From Candidatus Moraniibacteriota bacterium (GTDB lineage Bacteria > Patescibacteriota > Minisyncoccia > Moranbacterales > UBA1568): DNA of 46,137 nucleotides. Positions 25,896 to 33,800 of the stretch are shown here, piece by piece. The notes under the pieces were generated by a model. That model did not search any database. It was not told the DNA's origin and saw only the letters and a program-made list of their open reading frames with translations. The first letter of the stretch is position 1. Every line of letters starts with the position of its first letter. A program made the translations under genes and the position numbers. Where the stretch lies: NCBI GenBank assembly GCA_016699385.1, contig CP064974.1:758654-804790 (forward strand), given 5' to 3'.

Positions 25896-25920
25896 CTTCA
25901 TACCCAATAAAAAGCACCAT

Positions 25921-26490
25921 CTACATTTCTACCTTCAACATTTCTCCACGATGAAAGCGGTGGCGGTCTTCGGATAACACCGACTCTTCAAGCGTCAGTC
26001 CGACAAGAATCCCATGAAGCAATTGCAAAGTGTCTCCATGTGAGACAATCACGATGCGCTCCCCTCGGTGCTCAGACAACACAAAATCTCGGAAAGATAT
26101 GAGTCGCTCTCGAACGATTGCGAAGTTCTCGACACCATCTGTCCCATCAGTCTCCAGTCGTCGCCGTGGCGGCGGATATTTCGCTGTCAAAGTTGTCCAC
26201 GGGCCATCTTCAAATACTCCATAGCCTGGCTCTCGCAATCGCATGTCTTCAAAAGAGGGCGCGCCCGTCTTCTCAGCAATCACTATAGCCGTCTCGCGCG
26301 TCCGTGTAATCGGAGAGAAGAAAATGACATCAATAGATTCGCGAGACAATTCTTCGGCGCGCGCCGCAACCTGCCGACGCCCCTCATCGGTCAAATGATA
26401 CGAATGCCGCTCCGGAAACGAACTCGCCACATCCAAAATATTATGCTCTGCTTCCCCGTGCCGTACCAAGAAAAATACCGTATTCTTCAT
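25921..26490 (-). CDS. Histidine phosphatase family protein (phosphoglycerate mutase-like)
   Basis: ATG at 26490. FFLVRHGEAEHN (RHG motif) and IVIVSHGDTL. Confidence 0.85.
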   Translation of the reverse strand: MKNTVFFLVRHGEAEHNILDVASSFPERHSYHLTDEGRRQVAARAEELSRESIDVIFFSPITRTRETAIVIAEKTGAPSFEDMRLREPGYGVFEDGPWTTLTAKYPPPRRRLETDGTDGVENFAIVRERLISFRDFVLSEHRGERIVIVSHGDTLQLLHGILVGLTLEESVLSEDRHRFHRGEMLKVEM

Positions 26491-26503
26491 AGAAAATCTT
26501 TGT

Positions 26504-26635
26504 TCATTTCCCAAGAAACATCGAAACATCGTCAATAATGCCAATGGCGAAGTAAACTATCACCACCAAAAGAAGCGTGACAGCAAACCGTCCCACTCTA
26601 TTATCCAGACTCGTTTTTTCTTTGACAAATAGCAT
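26504..26635 (-). CDS. Small single-TM protein (43 aa), possible SecE
   Basis: MLFVKEKTSLDNRVGRFAVTLLLVVIVYFAIGIIDDVSMFLGK. Its position directly downstream of rpmG/tRNA-Trp matches the common rpmG-(tRNA-Trp)-secE order. The TM plus D-containing tail resembles SecE, but the KKVxWP motif is absent. In-frame TTG codons lie upstream. Confidence 0.3.
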   Translation of the reverse strand: MLFVKEKTSLDNRVGRFAVTLLLVVIVYFAIGIIDDVSMFLGK

Positions 26636-26672
26636 AAGCGCGCCCGACAAAAAACTCAAAGCGCAAGAGTAG

Positions 26673-26747
26673 TACCGCGTAGGGGATTCGAACCCCTGAT
26701 TTCCAGGATGAGAACCTGGCGTCCTAACCGGGCTAGACGAACGCGGC
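26673..26747 (-). tRNA. tRNA-Glu: tRNA-Glu (anticodon CUC)
   Basis: GCCGCGUUCGUCUAGCCCGGUUAGGACGCCAGGUUCUCAUCCUGGAAAUCAGGGGUUCGAAUCCCCUACGCGGUA folds as a cloverleaf. Anticodon loop UUCUCAU. No encoded CCA. G1-U72 wobble. Confidence 0.9.
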
Positions 26748-26816
26748 ATATTCCCAAAAGCCTGTCCAAAAATTCTCTTTCATCGTGAAATATGAAGTTT
26801 TCGGACAGACTCTAAG

Positions 26817-26887
26817 CAGGAGCGGAAGGAATCGAACCTTCACCGCTGGTTTTGGAGACCAGCATTCTACCACTAAACTACGCTCCC
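26817..26887 (-). tRNA. tRNA-Trp: tRNA-Trp (anticodon CCA)
   Basis: GGGAGCGUAGUUUAGUGGUAGAAUGCUGGUCUCCAAAACCAGCGGUGAAGGUUCGAUUCCUUCCGCUCCUG. Anticodon loop CUCCAAA. Close to the canonical tRNA-Trp layout. Confidence 0.9.
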
Positions 26888-26902
26888 GAAGCAAGGAAAT
26901 CC

Positions 26903-27064
26903 CTACTTCGACTCCGTTTGCAGAGTGTGTTTGCGACACGATTTGCAAAATTTCTGAAGTGAAAGCTTTTCCTTCACTTTCTTCTTGTTGCGCCTCGTGT
27001 GTCCCACAATCTTCTTGCATTCACTGCAACGAAGCTTCACCATGTTTTCCTTGATCGCACCCAT
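26903..27064 (-). CDS. rpmG: 50S ribosomal protein L33
   Basis: MGAIKENMVKLRCSECKKIVGHTRRNKKKVKEKLSLQKFCKSCRKHTLQTESK. CxxC...CxxC zinc-ribbon L33 pattern. The upstream part of ORF 26903-27160 overlaps a tRNA. Confidence 0.85.
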   Translation of the reverse strand: MGAIKENMVKLRCSECKKIVGHTRRNKKKVKEKLSLQKFCKSCRKHTLQTESK

Positions 27065-27102
27065 AACACGTATCTTAAATATTCTATACCTCTCCCCTCT
27101 TG

Positions 27103-27175
27103 AGCCGTTGACCGGAATCGGACCGGTGACCTTCTCCTTACCATGGAGATGCTCTACCAACTGAGCTACAACGGC
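27103..27175 (-). tRNA. tRNA-Thr: tRNA-Thr (anticodon GGU)
   Basis: GCCGUUGUAGCUCAGUUGGUAGAGCAUCUCCAUGGUAAGGAGAAGGUCACCGGUCCGAUUCCGGUCAACGGCU. Anticodon loop AUGGUAA. Unusual T-loop UCCGAUU. Confidence 0.85.
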
Positions 27176-27606
27176 AAATTTTCTTGTATCTTAGTAATAA
27201 TCTTATTCTGCATTTCATCACTCACTATCCGATTGAGATCTTCAAGCAACGTGTAATGATGACCGAAACGAATATCCTCAAAGATCTCCCTTCCAAAATC
27301 GACCGAATGATTGTATCGCGGCTTCACATGCCAATGCACATGGGGTTTGGGGTCCGGTAATTGATATGCATTATTCATCAGACATGACCAATTGAACATC
27401 GTTGCGCCGAAAGCGCTACGAAGAGCCTTCTCAAACGTTTTTACTACCTCAAAGAAATTAACCGCTTCCTCCTTCGTCAATTCGGCCAAGTCTCCACAAC
27501 CCTGTCTTTTCAAGGCAACGACACAGTAACCAAGATATGTCTGTTCTTCAGCAAGACCAACACGCCAATAATCAGTTTCAAATACGAGCTTCTTTTTGAA
27601 CCGCAT
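27166..27606 (-). CDS. HIT family protein (histidine triad nucleotide hydrolase/transferase)
   Basis: HVHWHVKPRY histidine triad. 146 aa. The last 10 nt overlap the 5' end of tRNA-Thr(GGU). Confidence 0.85.
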   Translation of the reverse strand: MRFKKKLVFETDYWRVGLAEEQTYLGYCVVALKRQGCGDLAELTKEEAVNFFEVVKTFEKALRSAFGATMFNWSCLMNNAYQLPDPKPHVHWHVKPRYNHSVDFGREIFEDIRFGHHYTLLEDLNRIVSDEMQNKIITKIQENLPL

Positions 27607-27634
27607 AACTTTTGATAAAAACTACTAAACCCTG

Positions 27635-27717
27635 TGGGCAGGGAGGGATTCGAACCCCCGTAGACCGAAGTCGGCAGATTTACAGTCTGCTGCGATTGAC
27701 CGCTCCGCCACCTACCC
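27635..27717 (-). tRNA. tRNA-Tyr: tRNA-Tyr (anticodon GUA), long variable arm
   Basis: GGGUAGGUGGCGGAGCGGUCAAUCGCAGCAGACUGUAAAUCUGCCGACUUCGGUCUACGGGGGUUCGAAUCCCUCCCUGCCCA. Anticodon loop CUGUAAA. Confidence 0.9.
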
Positions 27718-27810
27718 ATATCACCAACACTCTCGAACTCATCATCTCTTTCTCCTATCTTCCTCAAAATTTACTCAAGAAGAATACAAAAAACTCATAC
27801 CTTACACACT

Positions 27811-27890
27811 GTTTTTCGGAAGAAATTATTTTTCGCGGCTTTCACAGCGATCACGCGAAGACAAGCAAAAAATAATTTCTTCCGAAAAAC
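27811..27890. repeat. Long inverted repeat (23 bp perfect, 26 bp with one mismatch; 28-nt loop) between two tRNA genes
   Basis: GTTTTTCGGAAGAAATTATTTTTCGC (27811-27836) is complementary to GCAAAAAATAATTTCTTCCGAAAAAC (27865-27890). Confidence 0.85.
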
Positions 27891-27915
27891 GACTTTTCTC
27901 AATAGACTCTCACAG

Positions 27916-27989
27916 AGCCTGAGGTCGGATTCGAACCGACGACCTGCTGTTTACAAAACAGCTGCTCTAACCAACTGAGCTACTCAGGC
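27916..27989 (-). tRNA. tRNA-Thr: tRNA-Thr (anticodon UGU)
   Basis: GCCUGAGUAGCUCAGUUGGUUAGAGCAGCUGUUUUGUAAACAGCAGGUCGUCGGUUCGAAUCCGACCUCAGGCU. Anticodon loop UUUGUAA. Confidence 0.9.
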
Positions 27990-28033
27990 ATCCCTCCACT
28001 ACAAGAGCCCTTGCAGAGACCTTTCGCACTCTA

Positions 28034-29044
28034 TCACGGTGTCCGGTCCTTTTCAAGCAGACGCTCGAGTTTCCGGATTTTTATCTTGACGAGACGATAG
28101 GCGGGGCTCAATTTGAGCACCTGACGATAGCATTCCTTTGCATCAACCAGATTCTGCTGTTCAAGATAATAGTCCCCCAATCGCTCATATGCCTCAATAT
28201 CTCTCGGATTCAGAGAAATGCGCTCAATAAGTATATCCTCCAGTTGCTCCTTCTTCTGCGGAGCGACTGGTTCAACTTCACGAACCGGAAGAACAGGACG
28301 TTCTCTTGTCGGACGAAGACGGCGCATGGTATCGCCAAGTGCTCGCCCGATATTGGTCGAGACCCTCTTTGTTCCACGATCGGGTTGATCTTCCAAAGTT
28401 GGCTGAAGCGGCTCAGAAACAAGTGGTGGCAAATCTTCCTCCTTCAATGGAATCCGGAAATCTGGAGCCTCCCTCTGAGAAGAATCCTTTGGAACTTCTG
28501 CTGGCAAATCAGTCCGAGAAACACTCCGCCGATCAGCGCCCAACCATCGACGAAGACGACTTGATTGATCAGTAAGAGACGCTTGAGAACCTCCCGCTCC
28601 CGAATCATTCATTATCGAATCTTTCTGTGCATCGGCAACATTTGAAGAAACATCTCCGGACATAGAACCAATAGGCACTACCTTTGATCTTTCTGAGCGA
28701 GCCTGCTTCCTTTCTGCAATGCGATCCGCTACCTGAACACGCGCCGAATGAGCTGATGCCGCCAAGGTATTGAGCTTATTGTGAATCTTGAGCGACAACA
28801 GCTTCGAAAGACGCGCGAATCGTTCAACCAAACCCAAAAATAGTCGCTTCATCCGGTCACTCATCGAAAGAAGCGACCCGCCTGATTCGCCTGACTGCTC
28901 ACGCTCCAGACGCTCCACTTCCGGCAACTTTCGGAAAAAAAGATACAACAAAAGAGCGAGAGCAAGAACAACAAAAAACGGCGGGAGAATGAGAGCAAGC
29001 ATAGAGAGAGCAATTCGGAAGCCAAACGAAAGAATCCAATTCAA
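28034..29044 (-). CDS. Membrane-anchored protein with a disordered linker and C-terminal TPR-like repeat (hypothetical)
   Basis: N-terminal TM helix (LALILPPFFVVLALALLLYLFF) and C-terminal DIEAYERLGDYYLEQQNLVDAKECYRQVLKLSP. The 29044 start is TTG; an alternative ATG is at 29002. Confidence 0.55.
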   Translation of the reverse strand: MNWILSFGFRIALSMLALILPPFFVVLALALLLYLFFRKLPEVERLEREQSGESGGSLLSMSDRMKRLFLGLVERFARLSKLLSLKIHNKLNTLAASAHSARVQVADRIAERKQARSERSKVVPIGSMSGDVSSNVADAQKDSIMNDSGAGGSQASLTDQSSRLRRWLGADRRSVSRTDLPAEVPKDSSQREAPDFRIPLKEEDLPPLVSEPLQPTLEDQPDRGTKRVSTNIGRALGDTMRRLRPTRERPVLPVREVEPVAPQKKEQLEDILIERISLNPRDIEAYERLGDYYLEQQNLVDAKECYRQVLKLSPAYRLVKIKIRKLERLLEKDRTP

Positions 29045-29088
29045 TCATAACAGAAAAGAACAATCCGCGGCAGAGGATATATATCTTT

Positions 29089-29679
29089 CTACAAATCGAA
29101 GCGGACAAATCCGCCAATCTGAATACGCTCGCCCATCTTGGCAATCGATTCTGTCAACACATCACCAACAGTCTTTGACGAATCCTTCACGAAAGGCTGC
29201 GTAAGAAGCGCCGCTTCCTCGCGGAACTTCTTTTCTTTTCCAATAAGAATCGTTTGCGCAATCGCTTCCGGCTTCTTCTCAGCAACAAGCTGTTCCTGCC
29301 ACACTGCACGCTCTTTCTCGACAGCAAGAGCATCCACTTCTTCTGGTGAAACCACACGCGGATTCATCGCCGCCACATGCATCGCGATATCTCTCCCGAG
29401 AGCCACAAATGCCTCGTTCCGAGCCACAAAGTCTGTTTCACAGAGGAGTTTCACAAGCACTCCAATACGAGCATTCGAATGAATATACGAAGCAATAATA
29501 CCCTCTTTTGCCTCCCGATCCGACTTCTTCAACGCCTTTGCTTGCCCGCGCTTCTTCAAGAGGTCGACCGCTTTTGATTCATCTCCCTGAGATTCGTCGA
29601 GCGCCTTCTTGACATCAACAACACCAGCGCCCGTCATTTCACGGAGCCGTTTTACCATCTCAAGAGATACTGTTCCCAT
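29089..29679 (-). CDS. tsf: Translation elongation factor Ts (short form)
   Basis: ATG at 29679. VKRLREMTGAGVVDVKKALDESQGDESKAVDLLKKRG (UBA-like N-terminus) and LCETDFVARNEAF. Confidence 0.9.
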   Translation of the reverse strand: MGTVSLEMVKRLREMTGAGVVDVKKALDESQGDESKAVDLLKKRGQAKALKKSDREAKEGIIASYIHSNARIGVLVKLLCETDFVARNEAFVALGRDIAMHVAAMNPRVVSPEEVDALAVEKERAVWQEQLVAEKKPEAIAQTILIGKEKKFREEAALLTQPFVKDSSKTVGDVLTESIAKMGERIQIGGFVRFDL

Positions 29680-29752
29680 AGAACATTCTTTTAAAGAAAA
29701 CATTTCATTCACAAAAATACACAGGATGTGCCAGAGTCACAGAGTGCACCGC

Positions 29753-30577
29753 CTATTGCTTAGACACTGGTGTCGGCTCTATCTTTGTGGACTCGAGCGT
29801 CTTTCCAATCGCACCAAGGAGAAGGCGAAGTGATGAAATAGCGTCATCATTTCCCGGAATAGGATAATCAATCGAGGAAGGATCGGCATTGCTGTCGACA
29901 ATACCAACTAGCGGAATCCCCGCACGACGCGCTTCGCGAATCACGATAGCGCCCTCCTTGGCATCGGCAAGAAACACCGCTCCAGGAAGCTCGTTCATAT
30001 ATTTGATACCGCCCATGCTCTTTTCGAGCTTCTCAAGCTCTTCAGCAATTTTCATACGCTCAAACTTGGTGTAGCTTTTGAAGTCCCCGCGAGCAAGTTT
30101 ATCTTCCGTTTCACGCAAAAATTTCGTCCGCCCGCGAATAACAGAAAAGTTTGTAAATGTCCCACCAATCCAACGATCAACCACGAAGAAGAGTCCGAGC
30201 CGCTTCGCAAATGATCGAATCAGATCATGTGTCTGTTTCTTGGTACCAACGCAGAGAATCGGCTTACCGCTCTTCTTGACCAAAGCAAGAAATGCCGCTG
30301 CTTCCTCAAGTTTTGTGAGTGTTTTCTTGAGATCGAGAATATTCAGATTATTCCTAGTCGTATAGGTATAGGCTTCCATTTTTGGATGCCGACGCGACTT
30401 CATATGCCCAAAGTGAACACCCGCCTTAAGAAGCGTCTCGAGCGTCACATCTACCGCTCCAAAGTCGAGATTTGCGAAGTAATCCGACGTCAAAACATTC
30501 GCTGTACTCGCTGACGGAATAACCGTCACCTCTTTTTCCTCCGACAGAGTCTCTGTCTTCGTCTCCTCATCAATCAT
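29753..30577 (-). CDS. rpsB: 30S ribosomal protein S2
   Basis: [28 protein letters not shown] and [25 protein letters not shown]. Confidence 0.95.
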   Translation of the reverse strand: MIDEETKTETLSEEKEVTVIPSASTANVLTSDYFANLDFGAVDVTLETLLKAGVHFGHMKSRRHPKMEAYTYTTRNNLNILDLKKTLTKLEEAAAFLALVKKSGKPILCVGTKKQTHDLIRSFAKRLGLFFVVDRWIGGTFTNFSVIRGRTKFLRETEDKLARGDFKSYTKFERMKIAEELEKLEKSMGGIKYMNELPGAVFLADAKEGAIVIREARRAGIPLVGIVDSNADPSSIDYPIPGNDDAISSLRLLLGAIGKTLESTKIEPTPVSKQ

Positions 30578-30772
30578 ACAATTCTTCTCAAAAAATTATC
30601 CTTTTCTTATGCTTCCTTCTGCCTCTCCCCACGACAATAGCGCTAAGAGAACCCTATAAAGTCTCTACCGAGACCAGGAAAGGATTCGGGGACAAGCATG
30701 AATGATAAACCGTTCCTCGCCCTCAAAAGAGCAAGAAACAAGTCAAAAGGATTCTAACGGATACTTCCCCCC

Positions 30773-30801
30773 TTGTCAATTTCCAAGAGGCATGATACAC
30801 T
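30773..30801 (+). promoter_or_regulatory. Candidate promoter for rpmE (TTGTCA-17 nt-TACACT)
   Basis: TTGTCA at 30773-30778 and TACACT at 30796-30801. Confidence 0.35.
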
Positions 30802-30831
30802 CGCCAAGAACTTGAATTTGAACCCTAACGA

Positions 30832-31140
30832 ATGCTTATGAAAACCGATATTCACCCAACATACACGCGAGAAGCCGTCATTATCTGCGGCTGTGGTGCC
30901 ACAATCAAAACCGGATCAACCCGCGCCGAGATCAATATAGACGTCTGCGCCAACTGCCACCCGTTCTATACCGGCAAAAAGAAACGCATCGACTCAACCG
31001 GTCGAGTCGATCGATTTGAGAAGCTTTCCAAGAAAACCGAGGGATTGAAGACAACTGCCCGTCCAAAGCGTATCAAACTCGCCGAAAAATCCAAGCGCAA
31101 AGCCGAGAAGACTGCTACCGCTTCCAAACCCAAGAAATAG
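30832..31140 (+). CDS. rpmE: 50S ribosomal protein L31 with a Lys-rich C-terminal extension
   Basis: [13 protein letters not shown]...[19 protein letters not shown]. An alternative ATG is at 30838. Confidence 0.9.
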   Translation: MLMKTDIHPTYTREAVIICGCGATIKTGSTRAEINIDVCANCHPFYTGKKKRIDSTGRVDRFEKLSKKTEGLKTTARPKRIKLAEKSKRKAEKTATASKPKK

Positions 31141-31158
31141 CGCCACCGACTCCACAAG

Positions 31159-31198
31159 AAACGATGACCCTGTTCTTCAGGCATCGTTTTTTGTTTTC
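31159..31198 (+). terminator. Rho-independent terminator after rpmE
   Basis: AAACGAUGaCCUG-uucuu-CAGGCAUCGUUU followed by UUUUGUUUU. Confidence 0.7.
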
Positions 31199-31271
31199 CT
31201 TTGCACTCTATGAATGTATACTCTTAAGAGGACGTGTCTGAAAATCTGAAAGCACCTCATTAATCAACCCT

Positions 31272-32366
31272 ATGCAAGATCTCGTTACCGCTATTCGTGA
31301 AGAATTCGAGACACTCGAACGGACACTTTCCGATCCGGGTATTGTTTCGCACCCCGAGAAACTCGCCGAACTCGGGAAACGACGGACAGAGCTCCTCGAA
31401 ATCCTCTCCGTCGCGGAAGCACTCGAAAAAACGAACCAATCAATGCGCGAAAATGCGACGCTGATAAATGCCGATACCGATCCGGAAATGCAAATGCTCG
31501 CCATGGAAGAAAACGCAATACTCGCCGCACGAAAACCACTCGAAGAGGCTGCGCTCAGGAAATTACTCCTCCCAAAAGATCCACGAAATTCTCGCGACGT
31601 CATTGTAGAAATCCGCGCAGGCGCGGGCGGAGACGAGTCGGCGCTGTTTGCTGGAAGTCTCTTCCGCATGTATGCCCGTTATGCCGAACAAATCGGGTGG
31701 AAAACATCCCTCCTCCACACCAATGAAACCGGCTTGGGCGGATTCAAAGAAATCGTCTTCGAGATAAGTCGGGGAAATGGTCCCGAGGTCTACAAAAGCA
31801 TGAAATACGAGTCCGGAGTTCACCGCGTCCAGCGCATTCCCGAAACCGAGAAATCCGGGCGCATTCACACCTCAACCGCCACCGTCGCCGTCTTGCCCGA
31901 AGCGGAAGAGGCAGACCTCGTCATCAGTCCCAATGACCTCCGTATCGATACCTATTGTTCATCCGGACCCGGAGGACAATCCGTCAACACCACCAAAAGC
32001 GCCATTCGCATCACCCATATCCCAACCGGACTCGTCGTCACCTGTCAGGATGAAAAATCCCAACACAAGAACAAAGACAAAGCGCTCACCGTTCTACGCG
32101 CCCGCCTCCTCGAAGCAGAAGAGGCCAGACAAGAAAAAGAACTCGGGGACGCACGTCGAACCCAAATCGGCACCGGCGACCGAAGCGAGAAGATTCGCAC
32201 CTACAACTTTCCCCAAGATCGCATCACCGATCATCGCATCAAAGAATCCTGGAGCAATATCGAAGGAATCCTCGCTGGCAACCTCGAGCGCATACTCTCT
32301 CGACTCGAAGCCGAAGACATGGCACGCCTCCTCGAGAAAGAGTCCTCGAACACAAGGCGCGACTAA
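31272..32366 (+). CDS. prfA: Peptide chain release factor 1
   Basis: GGQSVNTT (GGQ) and [13 protein letters not shown] (P-x-T tripeptide region typical of RF1). Confidence 0.95.
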   Translation: MQDLVTAIREEFETLERTLSDPGIVSHPEKLAELGKRRTELLEILSVAEALEKTNQSMRENATLINADTDPEMQMLAMEENAILAARKPLEEAALRKLLLPKDPRNSRDVIVEIRAGAGGDESALFAGSLFRMYARYAEQIGWKTSLLHTNETGLGGFKEIVFEISRGNGPEVYKSMKYESGVHRVQRIPETEKSGRIHTSTATVAVLPEAEEADLVISPNDLRIDTYCSSGPGGQSVNTTKSAIRITHIPTGLVVTCQDEKSQHKNKDKALTVLRARLLEAEEARQEKELGDARRTQIGTGDRSEKIRTYNFPQDRITDHRIKESWSNIEGILAGNLERILSRLEAEDMARLLEKESSNTRRD

Positions 32367-32398
32367 TCCCAACCGCGCTCCAAACGCGTACGAAAACC

Positions 32399-33334
32399 AT
32401 GCCGACTATCGAAACTCTTCTTCGCAAAGCAGAAACGAGCATTCCCCGATTCGAAGCGGAGCTCCTTCTGGCGCACATCATTAAAAAAACGCAAGTATTC
32501 GTCATCGCGCATCCAGAATATTTCATCTCAGAAGAACCAACAAATCAGTTTGCATCCTACACGCTCCGAAGAATACAACATGAACCGATAGCACTCATCG
32601 TAGGACACAAAGAATTCTATGGTCGAGAGTTTCTTGTCAATCAACACACTCTCATCCCGCGACCAGAAACAGAACTCCTCGTAGAAAATATCCAAGAGCA
32701 CATTTCAAATACTAAGAGCGATTCACAAAAAATATCATTTCACAAACACACTTCAATACTCATCCTCGATATCGGAACCGGATCGGGAAACATTATCACA
32801 ACGCTTGCAGAAGAAATCGCAACACATGCAGATGATAAAAAAAATTTTACTTTTCTCGCAACAGATATTTCAGAAAGTGCGCTCGATGAAGCAAAGAAAA
32901 ACGCCGAGCAAATAAATCCGCGGCACAATATTCAATTCATTCATTCGAATCTCCTCGAAAAAATTCCGAAGAAAAAATTTCTCGATGCCGATGAGATACT
33001 CATCGCTGCAAATCTCCCCTATCTTTCCAAAAAGGAATTTCACCAAGCGCCTCCCGATGTACAAAATTTCGAACCGAAATCAGCACTCGAAAGTGGCACA
33101 GCTGGGCTCGATCATTATCAAAGACTTCTCGAAGAACTTCGACAGTTTTTCGAAGAGCAAAAAATAAATCCAAAAACCACTCTCTTCTTCGAAATCAGCC
33201 CTTCGCAAGAAACATCTATACAACAGCTTATACTCGCCATATTCCCACAATCAACCGTCACACTTTTCCAAGACCTCGCCAAGAAGTACCGACTTGCAAA
33301 AATCTCTCTCAATGTTTCATCACAAGCGCGATAG
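32399..33334 (+). CDS. prmC: Release factor glutamine N5-methyltransferase PrmC/HemK
   Basis: ILDIGTGSGNI SAM-binding motif and ANLPYL (NPPY-type) motif. Immediately downstream of prfA. Confidence 0.9.
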   Translation: MPTIETLLRKAETSIPRFEAELLLAHIIKKTQVFVIAHPEYFISEEPTNQFASYTLRRIQHEPIALIVGHKEFYGREFLVNQHTLIPRPETELLVENIQEHISNTKSDSQKISFHKHTSILILDIGTGSGNIITTLAEEIATHADDKKNFTFLATDISESALDEAKKNAEQINPRHNIQFIHSNLLEKIPKKKFLDADEILIAANLPYLSKKEFHQAPPDVQNFEPKSALESGTAGLDHYQRLLEELRQFFEEQKINPKTTLFFEISPSQETSIQQLILAIFPQSTVTLFQDLAKKYRLAKISLNVSSQAR

Positions 33335-33368
33335 ACATTGCACAAGAAAAAGAAATAAAAAAACAATA

Positions 33369-33391
33369 GCGTCCCGAAAAAATCGGGACGC
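33369..33391. terminator. Bidirectional rho-independent terminator (prmC / microprotein gene)
   Basis: GCGUCCCG-AAAAAAU-CGGGACGC, flanked by an A-run on the left and a T-rich run on the right (U-runs on both strands). Confidence 0.7.
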
Positions 33392-33417
33392 TATTTAATA
33401 ACAGAGAAAAGACGAAA

Positions 33418-33513
33418 CTACTTCTTTCCCTTCTTCTTGGTCGTCTTTTTCTTTGTTGTTGTTTTCTTGGCCGTCTTCTTCACGGTCTTCTTGGCTTTCT
33501 TTTTTGCTGCCAT
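33418..33513 (-). CDS. 31-aa lysine-rich microprotein (MAAKKKAKKTVKKTAKKTTTKKKTTKKKGKK)
   Basis: My own translation. The ATG at 33513 is preceded by AGAAGGAGGTGGTATAC (strong SD). TAG at 33418-33420 is followed by the terminator at 33369-33391. Too short for the ORF track. Confidence 0.5.
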   Translation of the reverse strand: MAAKKKAKKTVKKTAKKTTTKKKTTKKKGKK

Positions 33514-33800
33514 GTATACCACCTCCTTCTATTTTATTTTTCTTTTTTCGAGAAAAAACTTCTCTGCAATAAATATACACTAAAATTTTTTACAACACAA
33601 ATTTTTTTCGAAAAAAAATAGAAATAATTTCGTATCATGAGAATCGTGTCAAGACTTCTATAAAAAATATCCAAAAGAAAAAATCAGCGACGTCTTGCCA
33701 ATCGATGACGAACAACATCACCCCTCTTTCCGAGACGAAATCCTTAGTATATGCTGGAAAACAAGAAGATCGTCTATTTAAATCGACTTGCTTACTCGCT

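Noticed and set aside
26733-27767. ORFs 26733-27020, 26785-27054, 27510-27767 and 27612-27875, and the upstream parts of 26504-26749 and 26903-27160
   Set aside because: They run through tRNA genes or the intergenic inverted repeat. Only the short distal parts (L33 and the 43-aa TM protein) were kept.
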